Below, one piece after another: positions 10,053-20,197 of a stretch of 56,391 nucleotides of DNA (positions are counted from its first letter, which is position 1; each line of letters begins with the position of its first letter). This stretch comes from an uncultured virus (IMG/VR IMGVR_UViG_3300032116_000047) (Duplodnaviria > Heunggongvirae > Uroviricota > Caudoviricetes), in IMG/VR virus record IMGVR_UViG_3300032116_000047. One strand, given 5' to 3'. The notes beneath the pieces were generated by a model, which saw only the letters and a list, made by a program, of their open reading frames with translations, made no database searches and was not told the origin of the DNA. A program made the position numbers and the translations under genes.

Positions 10053-13000
10053 TTAATCATTAGCTGTTTCAGCTGATGGATCCGTTATTTTACCAGGTTG
10101 AGTTGCTCCACCAGGTAGAGGTTCTAATACCGCTGGAGATACAAAATGAAACGCTTGAATACCCATAGTCACAACTCTATAAGAGTTAGACGCCGGAGCA
10201 TCAGCAAATTCAATTGATACACTTTGGTCGTTAACTCTAATAGACTCAGTCTCAACAGTGGCACCAGTAGTAATGTCATAGATTTGAACAATCACATCCA
10301 TAGTTCCTAAAGCGTGCTCACAAGAGAATGTAGTCTCAACACCATCACCAATTGTGAAAGCTGATACAACCGGAGTTATATTTAATCTTTCAGCAACAGT
10401 AACTTTTGTATCACTAATCTCAGCCATAACATCAACACCACCAACTTTTAAGATAGTCTCAACGTCAACTTCACCTTCAAATGTTCTGATTCCAGAAACA
10501 GGAGCCGCAATAGTCTCAGCTAAACTAATTGTGTTATCAACATCGTTAAGAACGATTGTTTTCTCATCAACAAGTGCTAATTCAGCAATTGCATCAGACA
10601 CAGTTGAAACTAACTCAGCAGATACCTCAGCGAATGAATCAAGTTCAGTCAAATCAGTATTACTTAATAAGTAAGCAACTTTGTTAGAAAGTTCAGTAGA
10701 TAATTCAACCTCAGCCTTTTCAGCTCTTTCGATTTCAGCTTTTAATGCGTCTTCTAAAGATAACTCAGCAGATGTAGCTCTCACTACTTCATTACTCAAA
10801 TCTGTTGTAGCAGCACTTGATAAGTCCTGAATAGCAGTAGTTAAGTCACTATCAGCTCCTTGGAATGCCTCAACGATTTCAGTTAATGAATCTAAAGCAG
10901 CTGGATCGATGTTAGAAATAACAGCGTCTATTCTTCTATCTAAATTATTCAAAGAATTTTTGAAATCATTAGACATGTTATTAATGTCTAATTTAACAGA
11001 CCAGTTCTTCCAAGCCTCAAAGTTTACTAAATTAGAAGGTTGGAATTCACTTTGACTTAAATAGTATTTTAATGAAGAATTCTCACTTTCTCTGTCTCTT
11101 TTTAATCCACTATAGAAATCAATAGCCTCACTGTATGAATTAAATGTATAAACACTATTATAATAAGAAGATGTCATACTAACTGGGTAAACTTCTTGTG
11201 AGAAGATTTCAGTGTTCATTAAATTCAAATCAGATAGATTATTATCTAGATTAGATTCGATGTTGGAAATGTCTGATGAAAAGTCAGAATTAATATAGTT
11301 TGTATATTCATTCCATTGACCTGTGTAGTAATTACCACCTTCTTCATAACCAACTGTAGTAATAATACTAGCCTCAGTTTCTTCAGCTCTTGAAATCTCA
11401 GCAGATAAGTCTGAATTGATTGTAGACACATTATCTGATAATAAATCCTCTAAAGAAGCCTCAGCAGCAAGTGCTCTATTTTCTTCAGCATCAACGTCAG
11501 CAACTCTATTAGCAACTTCAGAAGATAAATCATTTCTTAATACTAACTCAGCAGCAAGTGCTCTTAACTCCTCAGAGTCAACATCAGCAACTCTATCAGC
11601 AACTTCTTTAGCTAAATCAGATGCTAAACCATCCTCAGCGTTTAATGCTCTACTTTCTTCAGCTTTAACAGCGTCTTGTCTGTTAACAACCTCAGAAGAT
11701 AAAGATGATGTTAAAGAAGCCTCAGCAGCAAGTGCTCTACTTAACTCAGTAGATAAAGCGTCAGCTCTATTAACTTCCTCAGAAGATAATCTATCTGTTA
11801 AAGATTTCTCAGCAGCAGTAGCTCTACTTAATTCAGTAGATAAAGCATCAGTTCTATCAACGATTTCTCTTGATAAACCAGAAGCCAATGATAACTCAGA
11901 AGATGTAGCTCTTGAAACTTCAGATGATAAATCAGCAGCTGCAGCGTTAGATAAGTTAGTGATTGCGTTATTGATGTCTCCATCAGCAGCTTGGAATGCA
12001 GAAACGATCTCAGTTAATGAATCTAAAGCAGTTGGGTCAATGTTAGAAATAACATTGTCTAATTTATCCTCTAAAGATACTTCAGTTGAAGTAGCTCTAG
12101 CGATTTCAGAAGCTAAGCTTGTAGATAATGTAGCTTCAACAGCCATTGCTCTACTTTCTTCAGCGTTTACGTCATCAATTCTATTAGAAACCTCAGTTGA
12201 TAAATCTGAAGTTAATTTAGTCTCAGCAACGATAGCTCTTGACTCTTCAGCATCAACATCAGATGTTCTTGCAACAACTTCAGCAGAAAGTGCAGAAGTT
12301 AAAGAAGCTTCAGCAACAAGTGCTCTTGATTCTTCAGCGTCAACATCAGCGACTCTATTAGAAATCTCTGTATTTAAGTTAGATGTTAATAATGTCTCAG
12401 CAGCAGTAGCTCTTGATTGTTCAACATCAACATCAGAAATTCTTGCTGCGATTTCAGCGTTTAAGTCGTTTGTTAATTGAACCTCAGCAGCAGTAGCTCT
12501 TGATTGTTCAGCATCAACATCATTTGTTCTATTTACAATCTCTGTAGATAAGTTTGCTTTGATTAAGTCTTCAGCAGCCTTAGCTCTAGAAACTTCAGAT
12601 GATAAATCAGATGTTAATACACCTTCAGCAGCTTCAGCTCTAGAAACTTCAGATGATAAGTTAGAAGTTAATACTCCTTCAGCATACTCAGCTCTTGATT
12701 GCTCAATAGATAATTTATTTGTTAAAGATAATTCAGCAGCAATTGCTCTACTTTCTTCGTTACTTACAGCAGTTGTAGCAGCGTTAGATAAGTTAGAAAT
12801 TGCTCCATTTATATCACTATCAGCTGATTGGAATGCAGAAACGATCTCAGTTAATGAATCGATAGCAGCAGCATCAACGTTAGAGATAACGAATTCAACT
12901 TTTGTGTTTAAAGATAACTCAGCAGCAGTAGCTCTTGAAATCTCAGCAGCTAAATCAGATGTTAATACACCTTCAGCAGATTCAGCTCTCGAAATCTCAT

Positions 13001-16000
13001 CAGCAAGTGCCTCATCGTTAGAAGTAACATAAGAGTCTAATTTATTATTAAGATTAGCATCACCTGCAATTCTTGATGATTCTTCAGCACTAATAGCATC
13101 CACTCTGTTAGTAACCTCAGTTGATAATTTAGAATCTAATGAATCCTCAGCAGCGATAGCTCTTGTCTCTTCAGCATCAACATCAGCAACTCTGTTAGCA
13201 ACTTCAGATGATAAGTTAGCTCTTAATACAGACTCAGCAGTCATTGCTCTACTTTCTTCAGCATCAACGTCAGCAACTCTATTAGAAACCTCAGAAGAAA
13301 GGTCTGATCTAAGAACAGCCTCAGCAGAAAGAGCTCTTGTTTCTTCAGCATTTACGTCAGCAACTCTATCAGCAACTTCTTGAGATAAATCAGATGTTAA
13401 TTTAGCATCACCAGCAACTCTTAAAGACTCTTCAGCAGATACTGCGTCTTTTCTGTCAGCGATTTCTTTAGTTAAATCAGTAGTTAATACAGCTTCAGCA
13501 GCCATAGCTCTACTTTCTTCAGCATCAACGTCAGCAACTCTATCAGAAACTTCTTTAGTTAAATCAGATACGATTGAAGCCTCAGCAGAAGTAGCTCTAA
13601 CGATTTCAGAAGAAAGTGCAGAAGATGCACTATTTGATAAGTTAGAAATTGTGTTATTTAAGTTTCCATCAGCAGATTGGAAAGCCGCAACGATTTCAGT
13701 TAATGAATCTAATGCAGCAGAATCTGTGTTAGAAATTACATTGTTTAATTTATTCTCCAATGAAGTCTCAGTTGCAGTAGCTCTTGAAATCTCAGAAGAT
13801 AAATCACTTTTAATGATAGTCTCAACTGATTCAGCTCTTTCTTGTTCAGCATCAACATCAGCAGTTCTGTCTAAAATCTCCTTAGTCAAGTCGCTTTTAA
13901 TGATAGCCTCAACTGACTCAGCTCTTTCTTGTTCAGCATCAACATCAGCAATTCTATCAGCAACTTCTTTAGTTAAATCAGATGTCAATTTAGCTTCAGC
14001 TGATATTGCTCTACTTTCTTCAACATCAACATCAACGATACGTGCAGAAATCTCAGCATTTAAGTTAGATGTTAATAATATTTCAGCAGCAGTAGCTCTA
14101 GATTGTTCAACATCAACATCAGCAACTCTTGCAGAAATTTCAGCATTTAAATTAGTTGTTAAAATACCTTCAGCTGCAATCGCTCTTGATTCTTCAGCAT
14201 CAACATCAGCAGTTCTATTAACAACTTCAGTAGAAAGTGAGTTAGATAAAGCGGTTTCAACAGATTTTGCTCTTGTCTCTTCAGCATCAACATCAGCAGT
14301 TCTATCAGAAACTTCTTTAGCTAAATCATTAGTTAATACTAATTCAGCAGATTCAGCTCTCGCTAATTCTATTGATAAAGCATCAGCTCTGTTAGTTTCT
14401 TCAGCAGATAATCTATCAGTTAATGATAATTCAGCAGTCTCAGCTCTTAAAATTTCAGCATCTAAGTTTGTAGAAGCCGCATTTGATAAAGTAGTGATTG
14501 CGCCATTAATATCACTATCAGCATCTTGGAACGCTTTAACGATTTCAGTTAATGAATCTAATGAATCAGGAGTTACGTTTTCAGTAATATAAGAGATAGC
14601 ATCAGATAAATCAGCTTCAGCTCTTGTAGCTCTTAGAATCTCAGAAGATAAATCACTTTTAATGATAGCCTCAATTGATTCAGCTCTTACTTGCTCAGCA
14701 TCAACATCAGCAATTCTATCAGCAACTTCTTTTGCTAAATTATTAGTCAATACTAATTCAGATGATAAAGCTCTACTTTCTTCAGCATCAACATCAGCAG
14801 TTCTATTAACTACCTCTGTAGATAATGAACTTCTTAATGCAGCCTCAGCAACAAGTGCTCTACTTTCTTCAGCATCAACATCAGCAGTTCTATTAACTAC
14901 CTCTGTAGATAATGCAGCTGTTAAAACAGTCTCAGCAGATGTAGCTCTTAATTCTTCAGCATCAACATCAGCAACTCTATTTGAAACCTCTGATGATAAA
15001 TCAGATCTTAATTGAGATTCAGCAACAAGTGCTCTACTTTCTTCAGCATTAACATCAGCAATTCTATCAGCAACTTCTTGAGATAAATCAGATGTTAATT
15101 TAGCCTCAGCTGACATCGCTCTAGATTCTTCATCATCTAAGTTAGATTGTAACTCAGAATCACCCATTGAACGAGCGCTAGCCTCTAAACCTAACTCATA
15201 AGTTAGAGAAGCAGTATCTGCGTTTCTTTCAGATATTTCAACTGATAGTTTAGTAGTCAAAGACAACTCAGCAGAAGTAGCTCTGGTGATTTCATTATTC
15301 AAATCTGTTGTAGCAGCATTTGATAAGTTTGTAATTGCATTATTGATATCACCATCAGCTGATTGGAATGCGGAAACGATTTCAGTTAATGAATCAAGTG
15401 CAGCAGGATTAGTGTTAGAAATAACAAAATCAACTTTTGTGTTTAATGATAACTCAGCAGAAGTAGCTCTTAGAATTTCAGAAGACAAATCACTTTTAAT
15501 GATAGTCTCAACTGATTCAGCTCTACTTTCTTCAGCATTTACATCGGAAATTCTATCAGAAGTTTCTTTAGCTAAGTCACTTTTAATGATAGCCTCAACT
15601 GACTCAGCTCTTGTCTGTTCAGCATCAACATCAGCAGTTCTATTAACCACCTCTGTAGATAATGAAGCAGTTAAAACAGCTTCAGCAGACATTGCTCTTG
15701 ACTCCTCAGCATTAACATCAACTATTCTATTAGAAATTTCGTTACTTAATGCTGTTGTTAAAGAAGTCTCAGCAGCAATTGCTCTACTTTCTTCAGCATC
15801 TACGTCAGATGTTCTAGCAACTATCTCAGCTGATAAATTAGATGTTAAAACACCTTCAGCTGCGGTAGCTCTTGCTTCTTCATCATCAACATCAGCTATT
15901 CTTGCATCAGTTTCTGATGCTAAATCAGAAGCTAATTGTGATTCAGCTGCAGTAGCTCTTGCTTCTTCGTTATCAACATCAGCTATTCTAGCCGTAGTCT

Positions 16001-16367
16001 CGTTACCCAAAGCATTTGTTAGAGATAATTCAGCAGATGTAGCTCTTGCTACTTCTGTTGAAAGATTGGAACCAGCAGAACTTGCTAAGTTCTGGATTGC
16101 TCCGTTAATGTTGTCATCTGCTGATTGGAAAGCTGAAACAATTTCCGACAAAGAATCTAAAGCATCGGGACTAGTGTTTGATAGAACATTTTCTATCAAT
16201 CCATCTAATCTATCAACTTCAGAGCTAAGTTCAGAGCTAGTTTCGGCGATTAAACCAGTAACGAATTCTTTGTTCGCCACATCAGTTCCTTCCACAGGAG
16301 CTGCAACATTTTTAATTAGATTTAGATCTAAGTCTAAATCCACCAAAAATTTTTTACTTTTACCCAT
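10053..16367 (-). CDS. giant alpha-helical coiled-coil fibre protein
   Basis: 2104 aa of E-x-x-R-A-x-x-A-E repeats punctuated by 7 (L/I)DSL(T/S)EIVxAF motifs (fibre LDTLxEL-type), plus a C-terminal GDG...H.LGT.DV.VQ(I)YD beta domain. Confidence 0.85.
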   Translation of the reverse strand: MGKSKKFLVDLDLDLNLIKNVAAPVEGTDVANKEFVTGLIAETSSELSSEVDRLDGLIENVLSNTSPDALDSLSEIVSAFQSADDNINGAIQNLASSAGSNLSTEVARATSAELSLTNALGNETTARIADVDNEEARATAAESQLASDLASETDARIADVDDEEARATAAEGVLTSNLSAEIVARTSDVDAEESRAIAAETSLTTALSNEISNRIVDVNAEESRAMSAEAVLTASLSTEVVNRTADVDAEQTRAESVEAIIKSDLAKETSDRISDVNAEESRAESVETIIKSDLSSEILRATSAELSLNTKVDFVISNTNPAALDSLTEIVSAFQSADGDINNAITNLSNAATTDLNNEITRATSAELSLTTKLSVEISERNADTASLTYELGLEASARSMGDSELQSNLDDEESRAMSAEAKLTSDLSQEVADRIADVNAEESRALVAESQLRSDLSSEVSNRVADVDAEELRATSAETVLTAALSTEVVNRTADVDAEESRALVAEAALRSSLSTEVVNRTADVDAEESRALSSELVLTNNLAKEVADRIADVDAEQVRAESIEAIIKSDLSSEILRATRAEADLSDAISYITENVTPDSLDSLTEIVKAFQDADSDINGAITTLSNAASTNLDAEILRAETAELSLTDRLSAEETNRADALSIELARAESAELVLTNDLAKEVSDRTADVDAEETRAKSVETALSNSLSTEVVNRTADVDAEESRAIAAEGILTTNLNAEISARVADVDVEQSRATAAEILLTSNLNAEISARIVDVDVEESRAISAEAKLTSDLTKEVADRIADVDAEQERAESVEAIIKSDLTKEILDRTADVDAEQERAESVETIIKSDLSSEISRATATETSLENKLNNVISNTDSAALDSLTEIVAAFQSADGNLNNTISNLSNSASSALSSEIVRATSAEASIVSDLTKEVSDRVADVDAEESRAMAAEAVLTTDLTKEIADRKDAVSAEESLRVAGDAKLTSDLSQEVADRVADVNAEETRALSAEAVLRSDLSSEVSNRVADVDAEESRAMTAESVLRANLSSEVANRVADVDAEETRAIAAEDSLDSKLSTEVTNRVDAISAEESSRIAGDANLNNKLDSYVTSNDEALADEISRAESAEGVLTSDLAAEISRATAAELSLNTKVEFVISNVDAAAIDSLTEIVSAFQSADSDINGAISNLSNAATTAVSNEESRAIAAELSLTNKLSIEQSRAEYAEGVLTSNLSSEVSRAEAAEGVLTSDLSSEVSRAKAAEDLIKANLSTEIVNRTNDVDAEQSRATAAEVQLTNDLNAEIAARISDVDVEQSRATAAETLLTSNLNTEISNRVADVDAEESRALVAEASLTSALSAEVVARTSDVDAEESRAIVAETKLTSDLSTEVSNRIDDVNAEESRAMAVEATLSTSLASEIARATSTEVSLEDKLDNVISNIDPTALDSLTEIVSAFQAADGDINNAITNLSNAAAADLSSEVSRATSSELSLASGLSREIVDRTDALSTELSRATAAEKSLTDRLSSEEVNRADALSTELSRALAAEASLTSSLSSEVVNRQDAVKAEESRALNAEDGLASDLAKEVADRVADVDSEELRALAAELVLRNDLSSEVANRVADVDAEENRALAAEASLEDLLSDNVSTINSDLSAEISRAEETEASIITTVGYEEGGNYYTGQWNEYTNYINSDFSSDISNIESNLDNNLSDLNLMNTEIFSQEVYPVSMTSSYYNSVYTFNSYSEAIDFYSGLKRDRESENSSLKYYLSQSEFQPSNLVNFEAWKNWSVKLDINNMSNDFKNSLNNLDRRIDAVISNIDPAALDSLTEIVEAFQGADSDLTTAIQDLSSAATTDLSNEVVRATSAELSLEDALKAEIERAEKAEVELSTELSNKVAYLLSNTDLTELDSFAEVSAELVSTVSDAIAELALVDEKTIVLNDVDNTISLAETIAAPVSGIRTFEGEVDVETILKVGGVDVMAEISDTKVTVAERLNITPVVSAFTIGDGVETTFSCEHALGTMDVIVQIYDITTGATVETESIRVNDQSVSIEFADAPASNSYRVVTMGIQAFHFVSPAVLEPLPGGATQPGKITDPSAETAND
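10700..16160 (-). repeat. degenerate ~29-codon (11+18 aa) coding repeats
   Basis: For example STEVVNRTADVDAEESRALVAEAALRSSL, reiterated; DNA motif tcttcagcatcaacatcagc recurs many times. Confidence 0.85.
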
Positions 16368-16516
16368 TTAGATATTATTATTTTTCTCTCGATATATCGA
16401 GTAATGTATATATTTTGAGAGAAAAATAAATTATTTTAAATGATTGATTTTTAGAGGATTTTTTATACTTTAAATTAAAAAATTTTAAGATTTTTTTAAT
16501 TTAATGATTTGTTAAC

Positions 16517-17335
16517 CTATGATATAACGACACAATATTTTTCACTATCAGGTGGTCTGTTAAAGTTAATCTCAACTGAATTTTCATCTTTTCTTATCAC
16601 TTCGGTCTCTACTGATTCGCCAGTTTGAACATCAAAAATTTGAACAATTACAGCTCTTGTTCCTAAATTATGTTTTAAATCAAATGTGTCTGTTTGGCCG
16701 TCACCAATGTTAAATATAACCTTACTATCAGATAGTTGTTTTAGAATACGAGACGCAGACCAAATATCAAATTCATTGATTCCATCATTGTTCAATTTAT
16801 ATCCAGATGATATTACAGATTCACTATTTGAAATTAAAATATCACCTTCATTAAATTCAGTATTATTTAATCCACCTCTTTCTATAGGAAGTATTCCAGA
16901 CCAATTTAAACTTATTGAATGAGTGTTTCCAGTTGAGTCAATTGAAATATCTAAGTTATCATCTCCAAAAACTACTAAATTTTGCTTAGAAGCTGTCAAT
17001 CCATTGAGAGAAGAAATTCCAACAGATGTTTGAATTATTTTTTCTACATATTTTTCAGTTTCTTTATCAACACTGGTTGGAGCTTTTTGTCTTAATAAAT
17101 CTATAAAAGATTGAAATTTTACTAAAGCCTCTTTAGTATCATCTTGTGAATCAAAGTCTAAAACAATTGTTCGATTACCGGATAGAGAGATATTTAAGTT
17201 AGAGTTAGTAACAAATAATCTTAAAACCGAAAATGGATTGACTGTATGCACTGGAAAGTTTCTATCATCAAAAATCCGGATAGTCTTATCTGTTTCTTTT
17301 AAAGGTCTTAAAAATCTATTTAAACTATAGCTCAT
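16517..17335 (-). CDS. fibre adaptor-like structural protein (paralogous N-terminus to 20198..23644; C-terminal domain shared with giant fibre)
   Basis: MSYSLNRFLRPL vs MSYSWDKFLRPL; C-terminal FNIGDGQTDTFDLKHNLGTRAVIVQIFD. Confidence 0.75.
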   Translation of the reverse strand: MSYSLNRFLRPLKETDKTIRIFDDRNFPVHTVNPFSVLRLFVTNSNLNISLSGNRTIVLDFDSQDDTKEALVKFQSFIDLLRQKAPTSVDKETEKYVEKIIQTSVGISSLNGLTASKQNLVVFGDDNLDISIDSTGNTHSISLNWSGILPIERGGLNNTEFNEGDILISNSESVISSGYKLNNDGINEFDIWSASRILKQLSDSKVIFNIGDGQTDTFDLKHNLGTRAVIVQIFDVQTGESVETEVIRKDENSVEINFNRPPDSEKYCVVIS

Positions 17336-17344
17336 TTTATTTTA

Positions 17345-18160
17345 TTATGTTATTGAAAATACAACAGTTGAATTATTTTGATTTTGTCCTAAATCTTGTA
17401 TGTAAAATTTACAAAGATAAATTCCCAAGCCAGAGATTTCATCAACTATATTATCCACATTAATCACGTCTTTATATATTGTAAAATCGGTCTCTGTTAA
17501 GTTCATTTGCCCATCTCTATTGTCATTTACTGAGTAAATTAAACCTGTAATAATATCATTTTTTGTGATTGGTTTAGGTCCCTCAAAGTTTGAAAAAAAT
17601 ACATCTACTAAAAATGTACTCCCGTCATCAGTAGAAAATGGGCCAGATAAATCACTTCCATCTAATTTAACTACTTCTCCAAAAAAGTATTCATTGAAGA
17701 AGATAGTAGGTGCAGTGACATCATTTATAATTGAATCAATATCAGTATCGGGATTTTGAAGAACAAGATTAAAAACAGAATAAGCTTGATCACAATCATA
17801 TTTAGTAATAAACTCTAAATTTATTGGTTCTGTTTGACTATCATAAATAACTAAATTTAAATCACCTTCTCTTTGAACAGACTCAATACTTGAAATACTT
17901 AAATAAATCTGTGGTTTTGGAGGATTACTTTTATCATTTACTACAACAGATTCACCAACTATATGTGTTCTTAAATCAATCCATTCTAAATCTTTAAAGA
18001 ATGAATTTGATCCTCTATATCCTTCTCTAATACTTCCATAGTATCTCTCAATAAAAATATCTTCTTCATTTAGACCAGTATAAACTACTCTTTGTCTGGT
18101 TTCGGTCTGGCCATTAACAACAACATAATAAGTTTCTATTTCATATTTACCTAAGTTCAT
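17345..18160 (-). CDS. structural protein, paralog of 23661..24809
   Basis: IVGESVVVNDK...FITKYDCDQAYSVFNLVLQNP...DLGQN aligns with VVGESVVVYDK...FIDEFNAKQAYSLMNYVLENP...DLAQN. Confidence 0.75.
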   Translation of the reverse strand: MNLGKYEIETYYVVVNGQTETRQRVVYTGLNEEDIFIERYYGSIREGYRGSNSFFKDLEWIDLRTHIVGESVVVNDKSNPPKPQIYLSISSIESVQREGDLNLVIYDSQTEPINLEFITKYDCDQAYSVFNLVLQNPDTDIDSIINDVTAPTIFFNEYFFGEVVKLDGSDLSGPFSTDDGSTFLVDVFFSNFEGPKPITKNDIITGLIYSVNDNRDGQMNLTETDFTIYKDVINVDNIVDEISGLGIYLCKFYIQDLGQNQNNSTVVFSIT

Positions 18161-18175
18161 TTTAATATTTTATTT

Positions 18176-18751
18176 TTAATATTCTACATATACATTAAAG
18201 TTATGTCTCACTATTGTTGGTGAAATAACAAACGTTGGTGTTTGCCAAATTATCTCTAACTCGTCATCTTTTGCGACATCTAAAGATACTTCTAACTCAA
18301 AATTATCTAATTGATTATTTGAAAAATGTTTGTAGTCAGAAGTTACTATTATGAATTGACCACTGGAAATATTTTTTAGTGTAAATGTTTGTTCTTCATC
18401 TGAACCTAAAACTCCCAATATCTGTGTCATTATAGTAACTTGTTTTATTTTACCAGTTACCAAAGATTTAACTCTCTTAGAAGCAATTGAATTATTAGAC
18501 TGTGCCGGAAAGTCTGGAATATTTCCAATATAATAGACACCATTATCAATTGGATCCATAGAACTGTGAGAAAATTGATAAGTGATTGCATTAATTCCAG
18601 TGTTACCAGAAGGACCGGTTGGTCCAGTCAAATAAACTACATCAGTTTCTTTCAAAGAAACCCAACCTTTGCCATTCCATTTCCATTTAACACCCTGAGG
18701 ATTTACATAAATATCACCGACATTTTTATTTTTTGGCCAATTTGTACTCAC
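18176..18751 (-). CDS. short fibre/virion accessory protein
   Basis: WPKNKNVGDIY...WKWNGKGW N-terminal motif seen in phage fibres, followed by a short GPT collagen stretch. Confidence 0.65.
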   Translation of the reverse strand: MSTNWPKNKNVGDIYVNPQGVKWKWNGKGWVSLKETDVVYLTGPTGPSGNTGINAITYQFSHSSMDPIDNGVYYIGNIPDFPAQSNNSIASKRVKSLVTGKIKQVTIMTQILGVLGSDEEQTFTLKNISSGQFIIVTSDYKHFSNNQLDNFELEVSLDVAKDDELEIIWQTPTFVISPTIVRHNFNVYVEY

Positions 18752-18767
18752 TTCTTATATATTTTTT

Positions 18768-20174
18768 TTAAATTACACCATATACTCTAAGACTATCTAC
18801 AGTCCAAGTTCCGTTAGATGTTCCGGTTGTTGTTATTGTTATAGTTGCTCCACCTGTTATTGACTCTGAGTATTTTAGTGTTCTACCAGCCTCATGTAAG
18901 TCACCTGCTCCAGTCGCGTCAAATCTAATATTTCTACTTCTTTTATTGACAACACCAACTAGTATATTGAATGTAACAGTACCTGAAGCATTTATGTTAC
19001 TTAGAAATCCACATTCAGATTCGATTATTATACGAGAATAAGAATTGGAAGCTAAAACATAGGTGAAAGCAGTTGTATTTGTTGTTCCGGTTTGTGCAGT
19101 TTCTTGAGTATTTATCAATATAACAGCTCCGGAAGCCGGACTAAGACCAGATGTACCAGATGTACCCGTAGTACCGGATGTACCACTTGTACCACTTGTT
19201 CCTGATGTGCCATTCACACCACTAGTTCCTGAAGTTCCATTAACACCACTAGTTCCTGAAGTTCCATTAACACCTGATGTACCAGACGTAGCAGATGTAC
19301 CGGATGTACCTGTAGTACCAGATGTACCTGTAGTACCTGATGTTCCATTAACACCAGAACTACCAGATGTTCCATTTACTCCTGATGTACCAGACGTAGC
19401 AGATGTACCAGATGTACCAGACGTAGCAGATGTACCAGATGTGCCAGATGTACCACTTGTCCCGGAGGTTCCATTAACACCAGAACTACCAGATGTTCCA
19501 TTTACTCCTGATGTACCAGACGTAGCAGATGTACCAGATGTACCAGACGTAGCAGATGTACCAGACGTAGCAGATGTGCCAGATGTACCTGTAGTGCCGG
19601 ATGTTCCATTTACTCCTGATGTACCAGAAGTACCTCTTGTTCCTGATGTACCACTAGTTGCTGAACTACCGGATGTACCGGAGGTTCCAGTTGTTCCAGA
19701 AGTACCGGAGGTTCCGGAGGTTCCATTAATACCAGAGGTACCACTTGTTCCGGAGGTTCCATTAATTCCAGAACTACCAGAGGTGCCAGATGATCCAAAA
19801 AAGTTTCCATCAACTCCCGAAGTTCCCGATGTACCCGAAGTTCCCGATGTACCCGAAGTTCCTGATGTACCAGAAGTACCAGTTGTTCCGGATGTACCAG
19901 AAGTGCCTCTTGTCCCGGATGTACCAGAAGTACCACTTGTCCCGGACGTACCATTCAATCCAGAAGATCCAGATGTACCTGAACTACCTGCTAAAACAAA
20001 AATATTCCAATTTGTTAAATCACCAGAAGGAGGAAGAGAGCCAATTGGTATAAGAGGACTTGTAGCAATATAAGTATCGTTATTATAACTAACTAATTCA
20101 CCTTCATAATATGAAATAGTACTTAATCCCTCAAATCCTGACCATCCGCCTTTCCAAGTTGTATATCCTGCCAT
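18768..20174 (-). CDS. Gly-Thr-Ser collagen-like fibre protein
   Basis: N-terminal [16 protein letters not shown] (CBM5/12-like), about 280 aa of (G-T/S-S)n, beta-rich C-terminus. Confidence 0.8.
   Translation of the reverse strand: MAGYTTWKGGWSGFEGLSTISYYEGELVSYNNDTYIATSPLIPIGSLPPSGDLTNWNIFVLAGSSGTSGSSGLNGTSGTSGTSGTSGTRGTSGTSGTTGTSGTSGTSGTSGTSGTSGTSGVDGNFFGSSGTSGSSGINGTSGTSGTSGINGTSGTSGTSGTTGTSGTSGSSATSGTSGTRGTSGTSGVNGTSGTTGTSGTSATSGTSATSGTSGTSATSGTSGVNGTSGSSGVNGTSGTSGTSGTSGTSATSGTSGTSATSGTSGVNGTSGSSGVNGTSGTTGTSGTTGTSGTSATSGTSGVNGTSGTSGVNGTSGTSGVNGTSGTSGTSGTSGTTGTSGTSGLSPASGAVILINTQETAQTGTTNTTAFTYVLASNSYSRIIIESECGFLSNINASGTVTFNILVGVVNKRSRNIRFDATGAGDLHEAGRTLKYSESITGGATITITTTGTSNGTWTVDSLRVYGVI
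19145..19990 (-). repeat. 9-nt period coding repeat (Gly-Thr-Ser)
   Basis: gatgtacca/gaagttcc variants in tandem. Confidence 0.9.
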
Positions 20175-20197
20175 TATATTCTATATATTTTTAATTT

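Noticed and set aside
10354..16371. Several long plus-strand ORFs (106-361 aa, S/A-rich) opposite the giant fibre
   Set aside because: Antisense shadows of the repetitive GCT/GAA/GAT codon usage; no independent start signals.
16388..16401. Palindrome CTCGATATATCGAG in the leader of the giant fibre gene
   Set aside because: Single 14-bp occurrence; it may be a leader hairpin or operator, but nothing else supports a function.
19145..19990. Short tandem repeats as a possible CRISPR array or DGR
   Set aside because: 9-nt coding periodicity without unique spacers; no cas or reverse transcriptase gene; no adenine-specific TR/VR pair seen.
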